Shown: one piece after another, positions 37,298-46,591 of the stretch | How the letters are laid out: each line of letters opens with the position of its first letter | Numbering within the stretch: the stretch's first letter is position 1 | From: an uncultured Candidatus Cloacimonas sp. | GTDB lineage: Bacteria > Cloacimonadota > Cloacimonadia > Cloacimonadales > Cloacimonadaceae | Assembly: GCA_964430595.1 (NCBI GenBank) | Contig: CAYSGM010000001.1 | Location: forward strand, 12,689-76,688 | Direction: 5' to 3' | DNA length: 64,000 bases | Position numbers and translations under genes: made by a program | Notes under the pieces: generated by a model | What the model saw: only the letters and a program-made list of their open reading frames with translations | Database searches by the model: none | Told to the model about the DNA's origin: nothing

Positions 37298-40200
37298 ATG
37301 ATAACCAAGCTGTTCCTCGTGATGATCCTGGTGACATTAACCAGCAGGTTTCTTGCGTTGGTACCTCCCGTTCCGGCTTACAAATCCCCCCCCCCAACAT
37401 GGGAAGCAACAAAAATTGAAGGCTCTCCCTTCACCCCAATGAATGGTGAGAAAGTCCAGCGCAATATCCCCAATAACATTCTGGTGTTAAGAATCCAATT
37501 TAGTGATTTAACTTTCAAATCCACCGCAGCCCACCCGGATTACCTGCCTCACGATGAGGCGTTCTTCAATCGTTGGATGGTGCATCTAAAAGACTTCTTT
37601 ATCGATGCCAGCCATGGTGCCTACGATCTGGATTACACTATTTACCCTCAGGTGTTAACCATGCCGAACCCTATTGGCTATTATGGAGGGGATACTCCCG
37701 AAAAGATAGATAAGAACCTGGCAAACATTATCCCTGACTTTCTGGCGCAGATAGATACGGAAGTAGATTTTGGAGAATATGGCGGGGTGATTATCTTTCA
37801 CGCAGGAGCGGGACAGGAAGCCGATCTCTCCGAGATCCGTACGCACTCTATCTGGAGCACATTCCTCACACGCAGGCATTTGCAGAATGCTTTTGAGCCA
37901 AATAACGACAACTATCCCGGCGTTGTCACAAACGATGGCACCGTGTTGACCAACGTTGTTATTGTCCCGGAAGATGAATTTCACGATTACTTCCCCGTGC
38001 CACCGGACAGCAATGCGGATGGCTACTTATTCAGTATCTACGGAGTTTTGGCACACCAATTCGGGCATCTGATCGGGCTGCCAACACTATTCGATAACGA
38101 CAGTAGCAATGGGATCAGCCAGGGTATAGGCAATTGGGGCTTGATGGGGACCGGCGTGTGGAATGGCAACGGATATGTGCCCGCACAATTATCCGCATAT
38201 TCCCGCTATTTGCTGGGTTGGGACATGCCCGTAGTAATTACCCAGAGCAGCACAAATCACCAGGTAGATTACTTTCAAAACCACTTCCCCGAAGCAGTAA
38301 GGGTGTATAAAGTGCCAATCTCCGCTACAGAATATTTCCTGATAGAAAACCGTCAGCAAAACCCCGACGGCAGTGTAGATCCCATATCCAGCCAGGCAAG
38401 TTACAGCTTTAAATTGCTGCCCGGTGATGAGCAAGAATACTATGAAGACAATCCTGCTACTCCTGCGGATGAATCGCTGTTGCCCTTTTTCAATTTTATG
38501 ACCAATAGCTACGCCGGCAGTGAATGGGATTTCTTTCTTCCCGGCTTAGGAGGTCCACTGCCGCCCAACAGCGCGGTGCTGCAGGATGGCTCCGGGCTTC
38601 TGATCTGGCATGTGGATGAAAACGTGATCGCAGAGAACTTCACGGCTAACTTCGATAACAACAGAATTAATGCCGATGCCAGCCGCAAAGGTGTGGATTT
38701 GGAAGAGGCGGATGGCATCCAGCAACTTGATACCTCGTCTCAGGATAATTTCAGATATGGGGGACCTTACGATAGTTTCCGCTCCGGGAATAACACGTAT
38801 TTCGGTAATCCATATCACGAAGGTCTGCTATCCCTGCCTGTCTCGGACAGTAATTATGGAGGCATTCCGCTGGAAATATACGATATCTCGGCAAGTGCAA
38901 ACGTGATGAGCTTCTCGGTAAGTTTCCGCTGGAGTATCGAAACAGCATATCAGGGTGAAAACCCACTCAGTGCTATGTCTATAGATTTTGACGGCAATGG
39001 AGACAACGAACTCTTCTATGCGATGCCGGACGGGCAACTGTTTATGTGGGATAATGATGTGATAGCGGAAGATTACCCCTTGCAGCGGATGCCAGTGCTG
39101 AAAAACTATATGTGGGATGGGCAGAACCTCTTTCTTCCTATGCAGACAGACAATCTATCCAGGCTTTATATGATGAACAAGGACGCCAGAAACTACGTCT
39201 TTACCCAAAATCAGGCTCATTGGGCAAGCCACCCAGTAGATATGGGTGGGCTTGTTGCTTTGCCACTTAATAGAGTGAACACTTCCGTGCCCGGCACATA
39301 CTCCTCTTCAACAGTTTTTATATGGGATAAAGCAACTCAAGCGGTGCAAAATGGCTTGAACTTCCAAGGAGTAATCCAGGCTAATCTGGTAAACTTCCGA
39401 GATCGCTTATCATTAGTGTATAAGGACTTAAGCAACCAATACTGGCTATCGGAAGTAAATGCATCAGATTGGGATGTTTCCACGGTAAGCCTTCCCATTC
39501 CTGCGGATTCTGTGATTGTAGGCATCTACAAGGCTCCCTTGGTTCCCGGAAGTGAAAACGGAGAACTGATAGTCCAATGCCAAAACAGCGTTTATGCATT
39601 TAATGCTAATATGCAACCTATAAATGGCTTCCCCTTCATCCATAACCTTGTTGCCGAAACAGACAGCAGCTTTTACGCTCCGCTCTCCATCGCCGATGTT
39701 GATGGCAACGGGATTCTGGATATACTGGTAGGCGGAGACCTGAGCTTTGTGGTTATAGATTACCATGGTGAACGCATGAGCCCGGAATTCTTAAGCCTAT
39801 CCGATACCGGCGACAGCATCGCTTCCGGTGTATATGCCATGGATATTGATGCCGATGGCAAGGCAGAGTTTGTGGGAAACTTTTCCCGTAACCGGCTTTG
39901 CGTGTGGGAGCATGATTACCGCTTGAAGAGTGGATTCCCGGTTGCTTTCGCAGAGCGTAGCCGCAGCTTACCTTTCGTGTCACAGGGTTCGGATAACGCA
40001 TGGTATGTGTTCAGTGCTACGGATAATGGCAAAGTGTTTCGCACAGGCTTGGCTAACGCACCACAGAGCAACCCAGCGCTTACATGGAACACTGAATATG
40101 CAGATTTAAAACGTAGTGCCTCCATTGATCCCGGCAATCTGCCAAACCAGTATAGAAGCTCCGATTTATTCGTCCCCGGAGAGCTGTACATCTATCCCAA

Positions 40201-40450
40201 TCCACTGAAATCTATCTACAATCAGAAGCTAACTATTAGCGTAATGCCAACCCGCGATGTCCCCCTTGAGCTAAGCATCTATGACATCAGCGGAAGTCTG
40301 GTATTCCGGCAGAATGCCTTTGCGAAAGCATATTTAAAGAACCTGGATATCTTCAGCATCCCTGCAGATAAACTAAGCAGCGGAGTGTATATTGCGGTAG
40401 TAAAATCCGCCGATGACAGCAAACGCTTCAAGTTTAGCGTGGAAAAATGA
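37298..40450 (+). CDS. M6 (immune inhibitor A-like) metalloprotease-domain protein with FG-GAP-like repeats and CTD; HQxxH variant
   Basis: IFHAGAG, HQFGHLIGLP.L.D, WGLMGTG.WN, EYFLIENRQ, GLLIWHVD, VDLEEADG; YPNP...IYDISG...SSGVY. Confidence 0.82.
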   Translation: MITKLFLVMILVTLTSRFLALVPPVPAYKSPPPTWEATKIEGSPFTPMNGEKVQRNIPNNILVLRIQFSDLTFKSTAAHPDYLPHDEAFFNRWMVHLKDFFIDASHGAYDLDYTIYPQVLTMPNPIGYYGGDTPEKIDKNLANIIPDFLAQIDTEVDFGEYGGVIIFHAGAGQEADLSEIRTHSIWSTFLTRRHLQNAFEPNNDNYPGVVTNDGTVLTNVVIVPEDEFHDYFPVPPDSNADGYLFSIYGVLAHQFGHLIGLPTLFDNDSSNGISQGIGNWGLMGTGVWNGNGYVPAQLSAYSRYLLGWDMPVVITQSSTNHQVDYFQNHFPEAVRVYKVPISATEYFLIENRQQNPDGSVDPISSQASYSFKLLPGDEQEYYEDNPATPADESLLPFFNFMTNSYAGSEWDFFLPGLGGPLPPNSAVLQDGSGLLIWHVDENVIAENFTANFDNNRINADASRKGVDLEEADGIQQLDTSSQDNFRYGGPYDSFRSGNNTYFGNPYHEGLLSLPVSDSNYGGIPLEIYDISASANVMSFSVSFRWSIETAYQGENPLSAMSIDFDGNGDNELFYAMPDGQLFMWDNDVIAEDYPLQRMPVLKNYMWDGQNLFLPMQTDNLSRLYMMNKDARNYVFTQNQAHWASHPVDMGGLVALPLNRVNTSVPGTYSSSTVFIWDKATQAVQNGLNFQGVIQANLVNFRDRLSLVYKDLSNQYWLSEVNASDWDVSTVSLPIPADSVIVGIYKAPLVPGSENGELIVQCQNSVYAFNANMQPINGFPFIHNLVAETDSSFYAPLSIADVDGNGILDILVGGDLSFVVIDYHGERMSPEFLSLSDTGDSIASGVYAMDIDADGKAEFVGNFSRNRLCVWEHDYRLKSGFPVAFAERSRSLPFVSQGSDNAWYVFSATDNGKVFRTGLANAPQSNPALTWNTEYADLKRSASIDPGNLPNQYRSSDLFVPGELYIYPNPLKSIYNQKLTISVMPTRDVPLELSIYDISGSLVFRQNAFAKAYLKNLDIFSIPADKLSSGVYIAVVKSADDSKRFKFSVEK
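37386..37395 (+). repeat. C10 homopolymer near 5' end of M6-like gene
   Basis: tCCCCCCCCCCa encoding S-P-P-P. Confidence 0.8.
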
Positions 40451-40461
40451 TGGGAGTTTAC

Positions 40462-41364
40462 ATGAAATACATCTACCTGATTCTCTGCCTGCTAATGGCA
40501 TTCGGCATCCTTGGTGCGGAAATGCAGGGCAATACAAGCCTATATGGCTACAAGTTCCTGAATGTGCCAAGCGGACCGATCAGCCTTGCTATGGCAAGTC
40601 GTGGAGTCCATAATACCGACAATGCTACCGCCTTCATCCTTCAGCCAGCTGCCTCTTGCGAAGCTGATCATCGAATTCTTGCCATCACCTCCAGCCCCTG
40701 GCTCGCCGATACCCAGGCTAATTGTGTAGCATATTCCTATGCTAAAAGGGTTAGCCACTTCGGCATCGCCCTGCGCAATCTGGATTATGGTGATATTGAG
40801 AATCGGGATGATACTGCTTTTTTGATCGGCAACTATCGCCCCCTGGATTTTGACCTGCTATTAAACTACTCCTACAGGATGAGTCCTAGCCTCTACTTTG
40901 GTTTCAATGTAGGCGGGCTTTACCAGAAGCTGAACACTGCCACCAGCCTCGGAGCGCATGGGGATTTTGGGTTCAGCTTTATTCCCCCAATTGCGGGGAC
41001 AAAGCTTTCCGCTACTTTCCGTAATGTGGGGCAAGCTACCAATACCAACGAAGAAAAAGTGCGCTTTCCCACCTCTACAGAAGCAGATTTCACCAAGCAA
41101 CTTAAACTTGGAGAGACCGATTTGCTACTTGGTGCCAGCGGATTAAAAGTAGCCGGGGAAGATATGAAAGGCAGCCTTAGTGCAGAACTGCAACTGTTTA
41201 AGCTGCTTAGTCTGAGAGGCGGATACAAGCTAAACTATGCTGCCGAAAACATTAGTGCCGGCTTTGGCTTGGCGTATCGGCGCATTAGTATTGATTATGG
41301 CTATGCTGCCTTCAACGATGGCTTAAACGATGTTCACAGCCTGGGAGTGGCATACCAATTCTAA
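40462..41364 (+). CDS. PorV/PorQ-like (FadL-type) outer membrane beta-barrel
   Basis: FL.VP.GP.SLAM plug, QPA, alternating beta strands, LRGGY, IDYGY, C-terminal F. Confidence 0.72.
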   Translation: MKYIYLILCLLMAFGILGAEMQGNTSLYGYKFLNVPSGPISLAMASRGVHNTDNATAFILQPAASCEADHRILAITSSPWLADTQANCVAYSYAKRVSHFGIALRNLDYGDIENRDDTAFLIGNYRPLDFDLLLNYSYRMSPSLYFGFNVGGLYQKLNTATSLGAHGDFGFSFIPPIAGTKLSATFRNVGQATNTNEEKVRFPTSTEADFTKQLKLGETDLLLGASGLKVAGEDMKGSLSAELQLFKLLSLRGGYKLNYAAENISAGFGLAYRRISIDYGYAAFNDGLNDVHSLGVAYQF

Positions 41365-44300
41365 TGGTGAAATCAATGCGTAGAATAGCATCCTACATCC
41401 TCACAATCGCCTTCGCGTTTATCTGTGTAACTACTTGGGCTTTGGAAACTCCAGGGCAACTGATATTTAAAACCTCCTCCCCCACCCAAGTCCGCAATGG
41501 CAAAACCGGACTTTCCAGCTTCGACAGCTTTTTAAACGTGCAGGGTTTAAAATCCATCCAAGCCATAAAAGGGATGCCGGAATCCCGCTACTATATAGCC
41601 AAGGTTAGCAGTGTCCCCGATAAAGCCACTCTGCAAGCCCTTAACTTTCCCGGTATAGAGTATGTGCAGCCAAACTACCTGCGCAAGCTTCACAATACCC
41701 CCAATGACTTCTATTATGGCTTGCAGACTACCTCCGTTAGCAATATCCCCGACGCTTGGAATTATACTACCGGCAGTGAGCATATTATCGTTGGGGTGGT
41801 AGATTCCGGATTACTGGTTAATCATCCCGATTTGCATGACAATGTATATAACAACTTAGCAGAACTGAATGGGCTTCCCGGTGTGGATGATGACAACAAC
41901 GGCTACATAGACGACTGGTGCGGATGGGACTTCGTGGATGCACCAGAAATGTCCGATACCGCCTTGGGTGATTATACCGGGCAGGATAATGATGTTGACG
42001 ATGAGAACTTCCACGGCACCCACGTATCAGGGATCATCGGAGCATCGGGTAACAACGGTATTGGAATAGCCGGAACCTGCTGGAATGTTTCAATTATGCC
42101 GCTTCGTGCAGGATTCAGAACCACCTCCGGGCAGGGCTTTCTACAAGATGATGATGCTGCTGCTGCCATTATTTATGCTGCTGATAACGGCTGCCATGTG
42201 ATAAACATGAGCTGGGGCGATCCAAACTACTCTCCCATTATTTCCGATGCCTGCGAATATGCCTATGCAAAAGGCATAACCCTTATCGCTTCTGCCGGAA
42301 ACGAACCAGGGGATATCCTAAGTTATCCCGCCAAACTATCCTGCGTAATTTCTGTTGGTTCTGTGAATGCAGCTAAACAGCTATCAGGTTTCTCCAGCTA
42401 CGGGGTAGATCTCGATCTGGTAGCCGTAGGTGAGCGGGTTCTTTCCACCTATAAGATGGAGGGAACTGAACAATACTTCTATCAGGATGGCACTTCCATG
42501 AGTGCTCCGTTTGTAACGGGAAGCGTAGCCCTGCTCTTAAGTTTACAGCCGGGTTTAAGCCCGCAGGAAGTCCGTTCCAGGTTACTAAACTCCACAGATG
42601 ATCTGGCTCCCATCGGTTTTGATGCAAAAACCGGACATGGACTGCTTAATACCAAGAAACTGCTTGATAACCTCGACCCTCCTTTTGTGGATATCACAAG
42701 TCCAGTTGATCAGCTTGGGGTAAGCACCACAGTGCCTTTTATCGGCTCGGTCTTTGGTGACGATTTCATGCGGTATTCCCTATGTTACAGTAGCCTAAGT
42801 GATCCCACCTGGGTAGGTTGGTACGACACTGCCACCCACAACCCATACCCCACCTTCTATGAGACACAAGTTCATAATGGGGTGCTGGGAGAGTTTGTTA
42901 TCCCGTCATATTTTCCCGAAGGCACCTACCTTGTTCGTTTGCAATATGAAAAGATTAGAAACAGCCAGCAGAAGTATAACTTTTACCGCACTGTTATCGT
43001 AGATAGAACTCCCCCCGTGCTAAACCCGCAAAGCCTGGGAGGTTTCAAACGCTATGAGAAACAGAACCTTCGCTATTACGCCTCTGCCATGTTTGACGAA
43101 CCTGTCCGCAGTGAGCTTATCATTACCGCCTCAGATGGCAGCACTTACAGCGTGTTTTCTTCCAATCCGGATAGCCTGCAAATCTGGGCAATTCCAAGCA
43201 CTGTGCCCCCCGGGATGATTAGTGTGAAGATTAAGGCTGCCAACATTGCCGAGGTTGCTTTTGAATCCGACACTTACCCCAATTTCATGAATATCGTATA
43301 TGAGCTGGTATCATCCTATGGCTACGAGAAGCAGGAGATTGGCACCACCCGCAGACCCCTTACCCGTATGAAAGATTTTAACGGCAACGACAATCTCGAA
43401 TACATTGCCATGGATATGCCCGCCAGCGGCTATGGAACCGTTAAAGTGTATGAGCCTCAACCCGGTGGGCACGCCCTAACGCATTCGTTCAATGATGCTT
43501 TCTGGCCCCTGGATATTGGCAATACTCTTGGAACCGGTACCGAACTGTTATATTTAAAAGGTGATACAGCCAGTCTTATAGGAACCCGTGCAACATACCC
43601 GGCTCTCGATAGCTTGATCTGGACAGGGACAGGTATCTCAGGCGGAATCATCGCCAGCTACGATAGTGATCCCCGTGAGGAGCTTCTGGTGGTAAAAAAC
43701 CTTCCTCTCGAACGTGTGATTCAGGCTTATAGAGCCAGTAGCAACGGCAAAGCCCTCATCGCTACAAATACGATCAGCAACATCCCCGCGGGACAGCAAA
43801 AGCTAAGGAAAACCTTTGTTCCCACCGTACTGGTAGATAATCTGGATGGGGATAACACCCCGGACATCCTGTGTGCAGATACCTACGGCAATATAATGGT
43901 TTACGAAATCGTGAATGCTAATGTTAATGAAATGCGCTGGACAAAGCGGCTTCCGGTCGCCAACACTTACTCTCTTGCGATAGGTGATTTTAATGGAGAC
44001 GGACTAAAAGACTTTTTCGCCGGTGGTTATAACACCAGTGTTACCAACCCAAACATGAACTTCTGGTATTTTGAAGGTTTCAAGCGCACCGGGAATAATG
44101 CCTTTACCAGCCTTGGCAACATCATGTTCAATGAAGTGCAATCCCAGAATTCCTTAACTGCCAAAGATATAGATGGTGATGGCAAAGATGAGCTTATCCT
44201 TGCTTTATCCCCTAATTTATACGTGCTTAAGTATGAAAACGGTAAGTTTGTCCCCAAGTTTCATGGAGACAGCTTCCGTAACTATCAGGTAAGCACCTGG

Positions 44301-45563
44301 AAAGATATTGACGGCATCACCCGCATCATGGCTAATGCCAGCGTTTCGGCAGATAGCACCGTGGCAGTGCAGTGGAGCCCTCAGTTGCCTTTCACAGGTC
44401 CTTCCACTCCGGCAAACCTGTTGGTGAAGCCTATGAACGATGATACCATCGAGATCACCTGGATAGCTACCGGAGCACCCACCTATCGTCTGTATCGCAA
44501 AGACGCTGACAACAATGTCACCTACTTTGATCTAGGCGGAATAACATCCTACATCGACACGGGATTGGCTTCCGGAGTCCCCTACCAGTATGCCATTGCG
44601 GCTATTGATCCCTCTTACAGCCCCAGTGAAAGTGTCCGGAGTCTGTGGTCAACGGGGACGCCAATAGAACCTCCGGTTATAGATGAAATCCAATTTGTAG
44701 GCATCCGTGAACTGCGCCTCATCTTCAATCAGCCCATGCCCTCAGATATCATAAATGCGGGTTATTACTCCCTAAGCGGTGGATTAGGAACTCCTCTTTC
44801 GGTAAATAGCGTTTACAACCATTATGGTGTGCAATTGCGGTTTCGCGATCCCTTCCCGGCTAATGAATCCCAGTTTGTCCTGGAACTGCAAGGCATAAAG
44901 GGCATCTCCGGAGTTCTATCCATACAAAACAGCTATTCCTTCCCCTATGTGCCGGATATCATTGCACCTATGTTAGAAACCACATCTGTGCATCCCTCCA
45001 AGGAAGCTATCAGCATAAAATTCAGTGAAGCCATTGCAGCAGCACAGGTAAACTATCTCCCCAATTTCGTGCTGTCCTGCCCTCTGTCTGATCCGGACAA
45101 TAGTATTGTTTCCGCCACCCTTACAGATGACGTTATCACCATTACTTTTGCACATGCGCTGAAGCCCTCCAATCAATCTTACTATATTGAGACTAACAAT
45201 CTGGAAGACCTTGCCGGTAACGTAATCTCGCCACAGAAAAAACTGGCGAGATTTGGTATCAGCGATATTCAGGATCTGGATAATGTAACTGTATTCCCAA
45301 ATCCAATCACTCCCCAACATGCGCAAACTGTCATTTTTGTTAAATTCCCTTTGGATAAACTGGGAAAGATCGCTATTTATAACAGTGCAGGAGATTTGGT
45401 GTATAGAAGTGATATAGGTCCTTTCTCGTCTATCAATAACAACGTTACCTGGAGATGGGATCTGAAAAACAACGACGGCAGACCAGTTTCCTCCGGTGTT
45501 TATTTCTATGTAATTGAGATGGATGGCGAACTGAAACGCGGTAAACTTGCCATCTTGAAGTAA
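41364..45563 (+). CDS. S8 subtilase with FG-GAP, FN3, Ig-like domains and CTD
   Basis: Triad VVDSG / HGTHVSG / DGTSMS; ASAGN; FPNP...IYNSAG...WDLKN..G..VSSGVY. Confidence 0.9.
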   Translation: MVKSMRRIASYILTIAFAFICVTTWALETPGQLIFKTSSPTQVRNGKTGLSSFDSFLNVQGLKSIQAIKGMPESRYYIAKVSSVPDKATLQALNFPGIEYVQPNYLRKLHNTPNDFYYGLQTTSVSNIPDAWNYTTGSEHIIVGVVDSGLLVNHPDLHDNVYNNLAELNGLPGVDDDNNGYIDDWCGWDFVDAPEMSDTALGDYTGQDNDVDDENFHGTHVSGIIGASGNNGIGIAGTCWNVSIMPLRAGFRTTSGQGFLQDDDAAAAIIYAADNGCHVINMSWGDPNYSPIISDACEYAYAKGITLIASAGNEPGDILSYPAKLSCVISVGSVNAAKQLSGFSSYGVDLDLVAVGERVLSTYKMEGTEQYFYQDGTSMSAPFVTGSVALLLSLQPGLSPQEVRSRLLNSTDDLAPIGFDAKTGHGLLNTKKLLDNLDPPFVDITSPVDQLGVSTTVPFIGSVFGDDFMRYSLCYSSLSDPTWVGWYDTATHNPYPTFYETQVHNGVLGEFVIPSYFPEGTYLVRLQYEKIRNSQQKYNFYRTVIVDRTPPVLNPQSLGGFKRYEKQNLRYYASAMFDEPVRSELIITASDGSTYSVFSSNPDSLQIWAIPSTVPPGMISVKIKAANIAEVAFESDTYPNFMNIVYELVSSYGYEKQEIGTTRRPLTRMKDFNGNDNLEYIAMDMPASGYGTVKVYEPQPGGHALTHSFNDAFWPLDIGNTLGTGTELLYLKGDTASLIGTRATYPALDSLIWTGTGISGGIIASYDSDPREELLVVKNLPLERVIQAYRASSNGKALIATNTISNIPAGQQKLRKTFVPTVLVDNLDGDNTPDILCADTYGNIMVYEIVNANVNEMRWTKRLPVANTYSLAIGDFNGDGLKDFFAGGYNTSVTNPNMNFWYFEGFKRTGNNAFTSLGNIMFNEVQSQNSLTAKDIDGDGKDELILALSPNLYVLKYENGKFVPKFHGDSFRNYQVSTWKDIDGITRIMANASVSADSTVAVQWSPQLPFTGPSTPANLLVKPMNDDTIEITWIATGAPTYRLYRKDADNNVTYFDLGGITSYIDTGLASGVPYQYAIAAIDPSYSPSESVRSLWSTGTPIEPPVIDEIQFVGIRELRLIFNQPMPSDIINAGYYSLSGGLGTPLSVNSVYNHYGVQLRFRDPFPANESQFVLELQGIKGISGVLSIQNSYSFPYVPDIIAPMLETTSVHPSKEAISIKFSEAIAAAQVNYLPNFVLSCPLSDPDNSIVSATLTDDVITITFAHALKPSNQSYYIETNNLEDLAGNVISPQKKLARFGISDIQDLDNVTVFPNPITPQHAQTVIFVKFPLDKLGKIAIYNSAGDLVYRSDIGPFSSINNNVTWRWDLKNNDGRPVSSGVYFYVIEMDGELKRGKLAILK

Positions 45564-45585
45564 CTAACATTAACCGGAATCATTA

Positions 45586-45942
45586 ATGTACACCATGCTA
45601 TATAGCATTCTGCAAATGCTCCATTCACCCGTTTTGACGCTGGCAATAACCATCGTGTTTCTGCTGCTGAATGTATTGGATGGGCATTCCACCTACTTGG
45701 TGCTGAAACCAAACCACTATACTCGGGAGAAGAACCCGATTGCCAGATGGGTGTTTCGCAAACTGCAAATACCCCGCGGGATTGTGATTTTCAAAGTTAT
45801 CCTGATGAGCATCCTGATTGTTGCCATTGCTTATTATGCAGCCTGGGATCCTTTTACCATTAATATCGCCATGTTGATTGCAAACCTGCTGTTTGTTGTG
45901 GTTGTCCTGCACAACTACCATGTAGCCAGGCGACTTCGTTAG
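45586..45942 (+). CDS. Small membrane protein (DUF5658-like)
   Basis: LNVLDGHST...EKNPIA, three TMs. Confidence 0.65.
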   Translation: MYTMLYSILQMLHSPVLTLAITIVFLLLNVLDGHSTYLVLKPNHYTREKNPIARWVFRKLQIPRGIVIFKVILMSILIVAIAYYAAWDPFTINIAMLIANLLFVVVVLHNYHVARRLR

Positions 45943-46224
45943 TCCTTCAAACAGAGACACATATCCTTCCGCAGTTTGAAACAATTTACATTACCCGCTC
46001 GATTTGAAGAGAGCCATTCTTTACTTATACAATTTCCAGATTGAAAAGGAACAAATCTGTAATGACTGCCGCCCTCGGCTGCCGTCACACGAGCCGTGTG
46101 AAATTACTACTATGCATTCTCATTCCGGAAGCGGTATAATACAGAGGAAAAGCAAAATGGGGCTTAAAAAAGAGGAAAAGTGAGAAGGAGAGGTGCCTGA
46201 GGTTAGGTTCCAGGTTTTAGTGAA

Positions 46225-46520
46225 TCACTCGTCACATCGTTACTTCGTTACCTCATCACTTCATCACCCATACAAGCATGTCCCTAGCATTGCCCACCCA
46301 TTGCCCTCTTTGTGGGCAATGGGTGGGCAATGCTACCGTAGTCGCTGTATGTTTCCAGTTAGTTATAGTATGCTTGCGGGCTTCCTTACTTGCACACCCC
46401 TATCTGACCTCACCTTAACCTCTCTTTGTGAGGTCAAGGTGAGGTTTGATAGAGGTTAAGAAGCAAGGAAGCTCAATGAAGGCTCTCCGGACGGATCAGA
46501 CGAGACGTCTGATACTCCTT
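46225..46520. repeat. Composite of octamer repeats and palindromes
   Basis: tcgtcaca/tcgttact/tcatcact octamers; perfect 22-bp IR 46285-46335; 23-bp IR 46400-46452; ATCAGACG-AGA-CGTCTGAT. Confidence 0.75.
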
Positions 46521-46537
46521 ACAATCTGCTTTCGTAT

Positions 46538-46553
46538 TGGCACGATAATGGCT
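46538..46553 (+). promoter_or_regulatory. Possible sigma54 promoter
   Basis: TGGCACG-ATAA-TGGCT, GG-N10-GC, ~40 nt before ATG 46592. Confidence 0.5.
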
Positions 46554-46591
46554 TATACTATTCTTTATGACGATGCTCAACAGAGGATATA

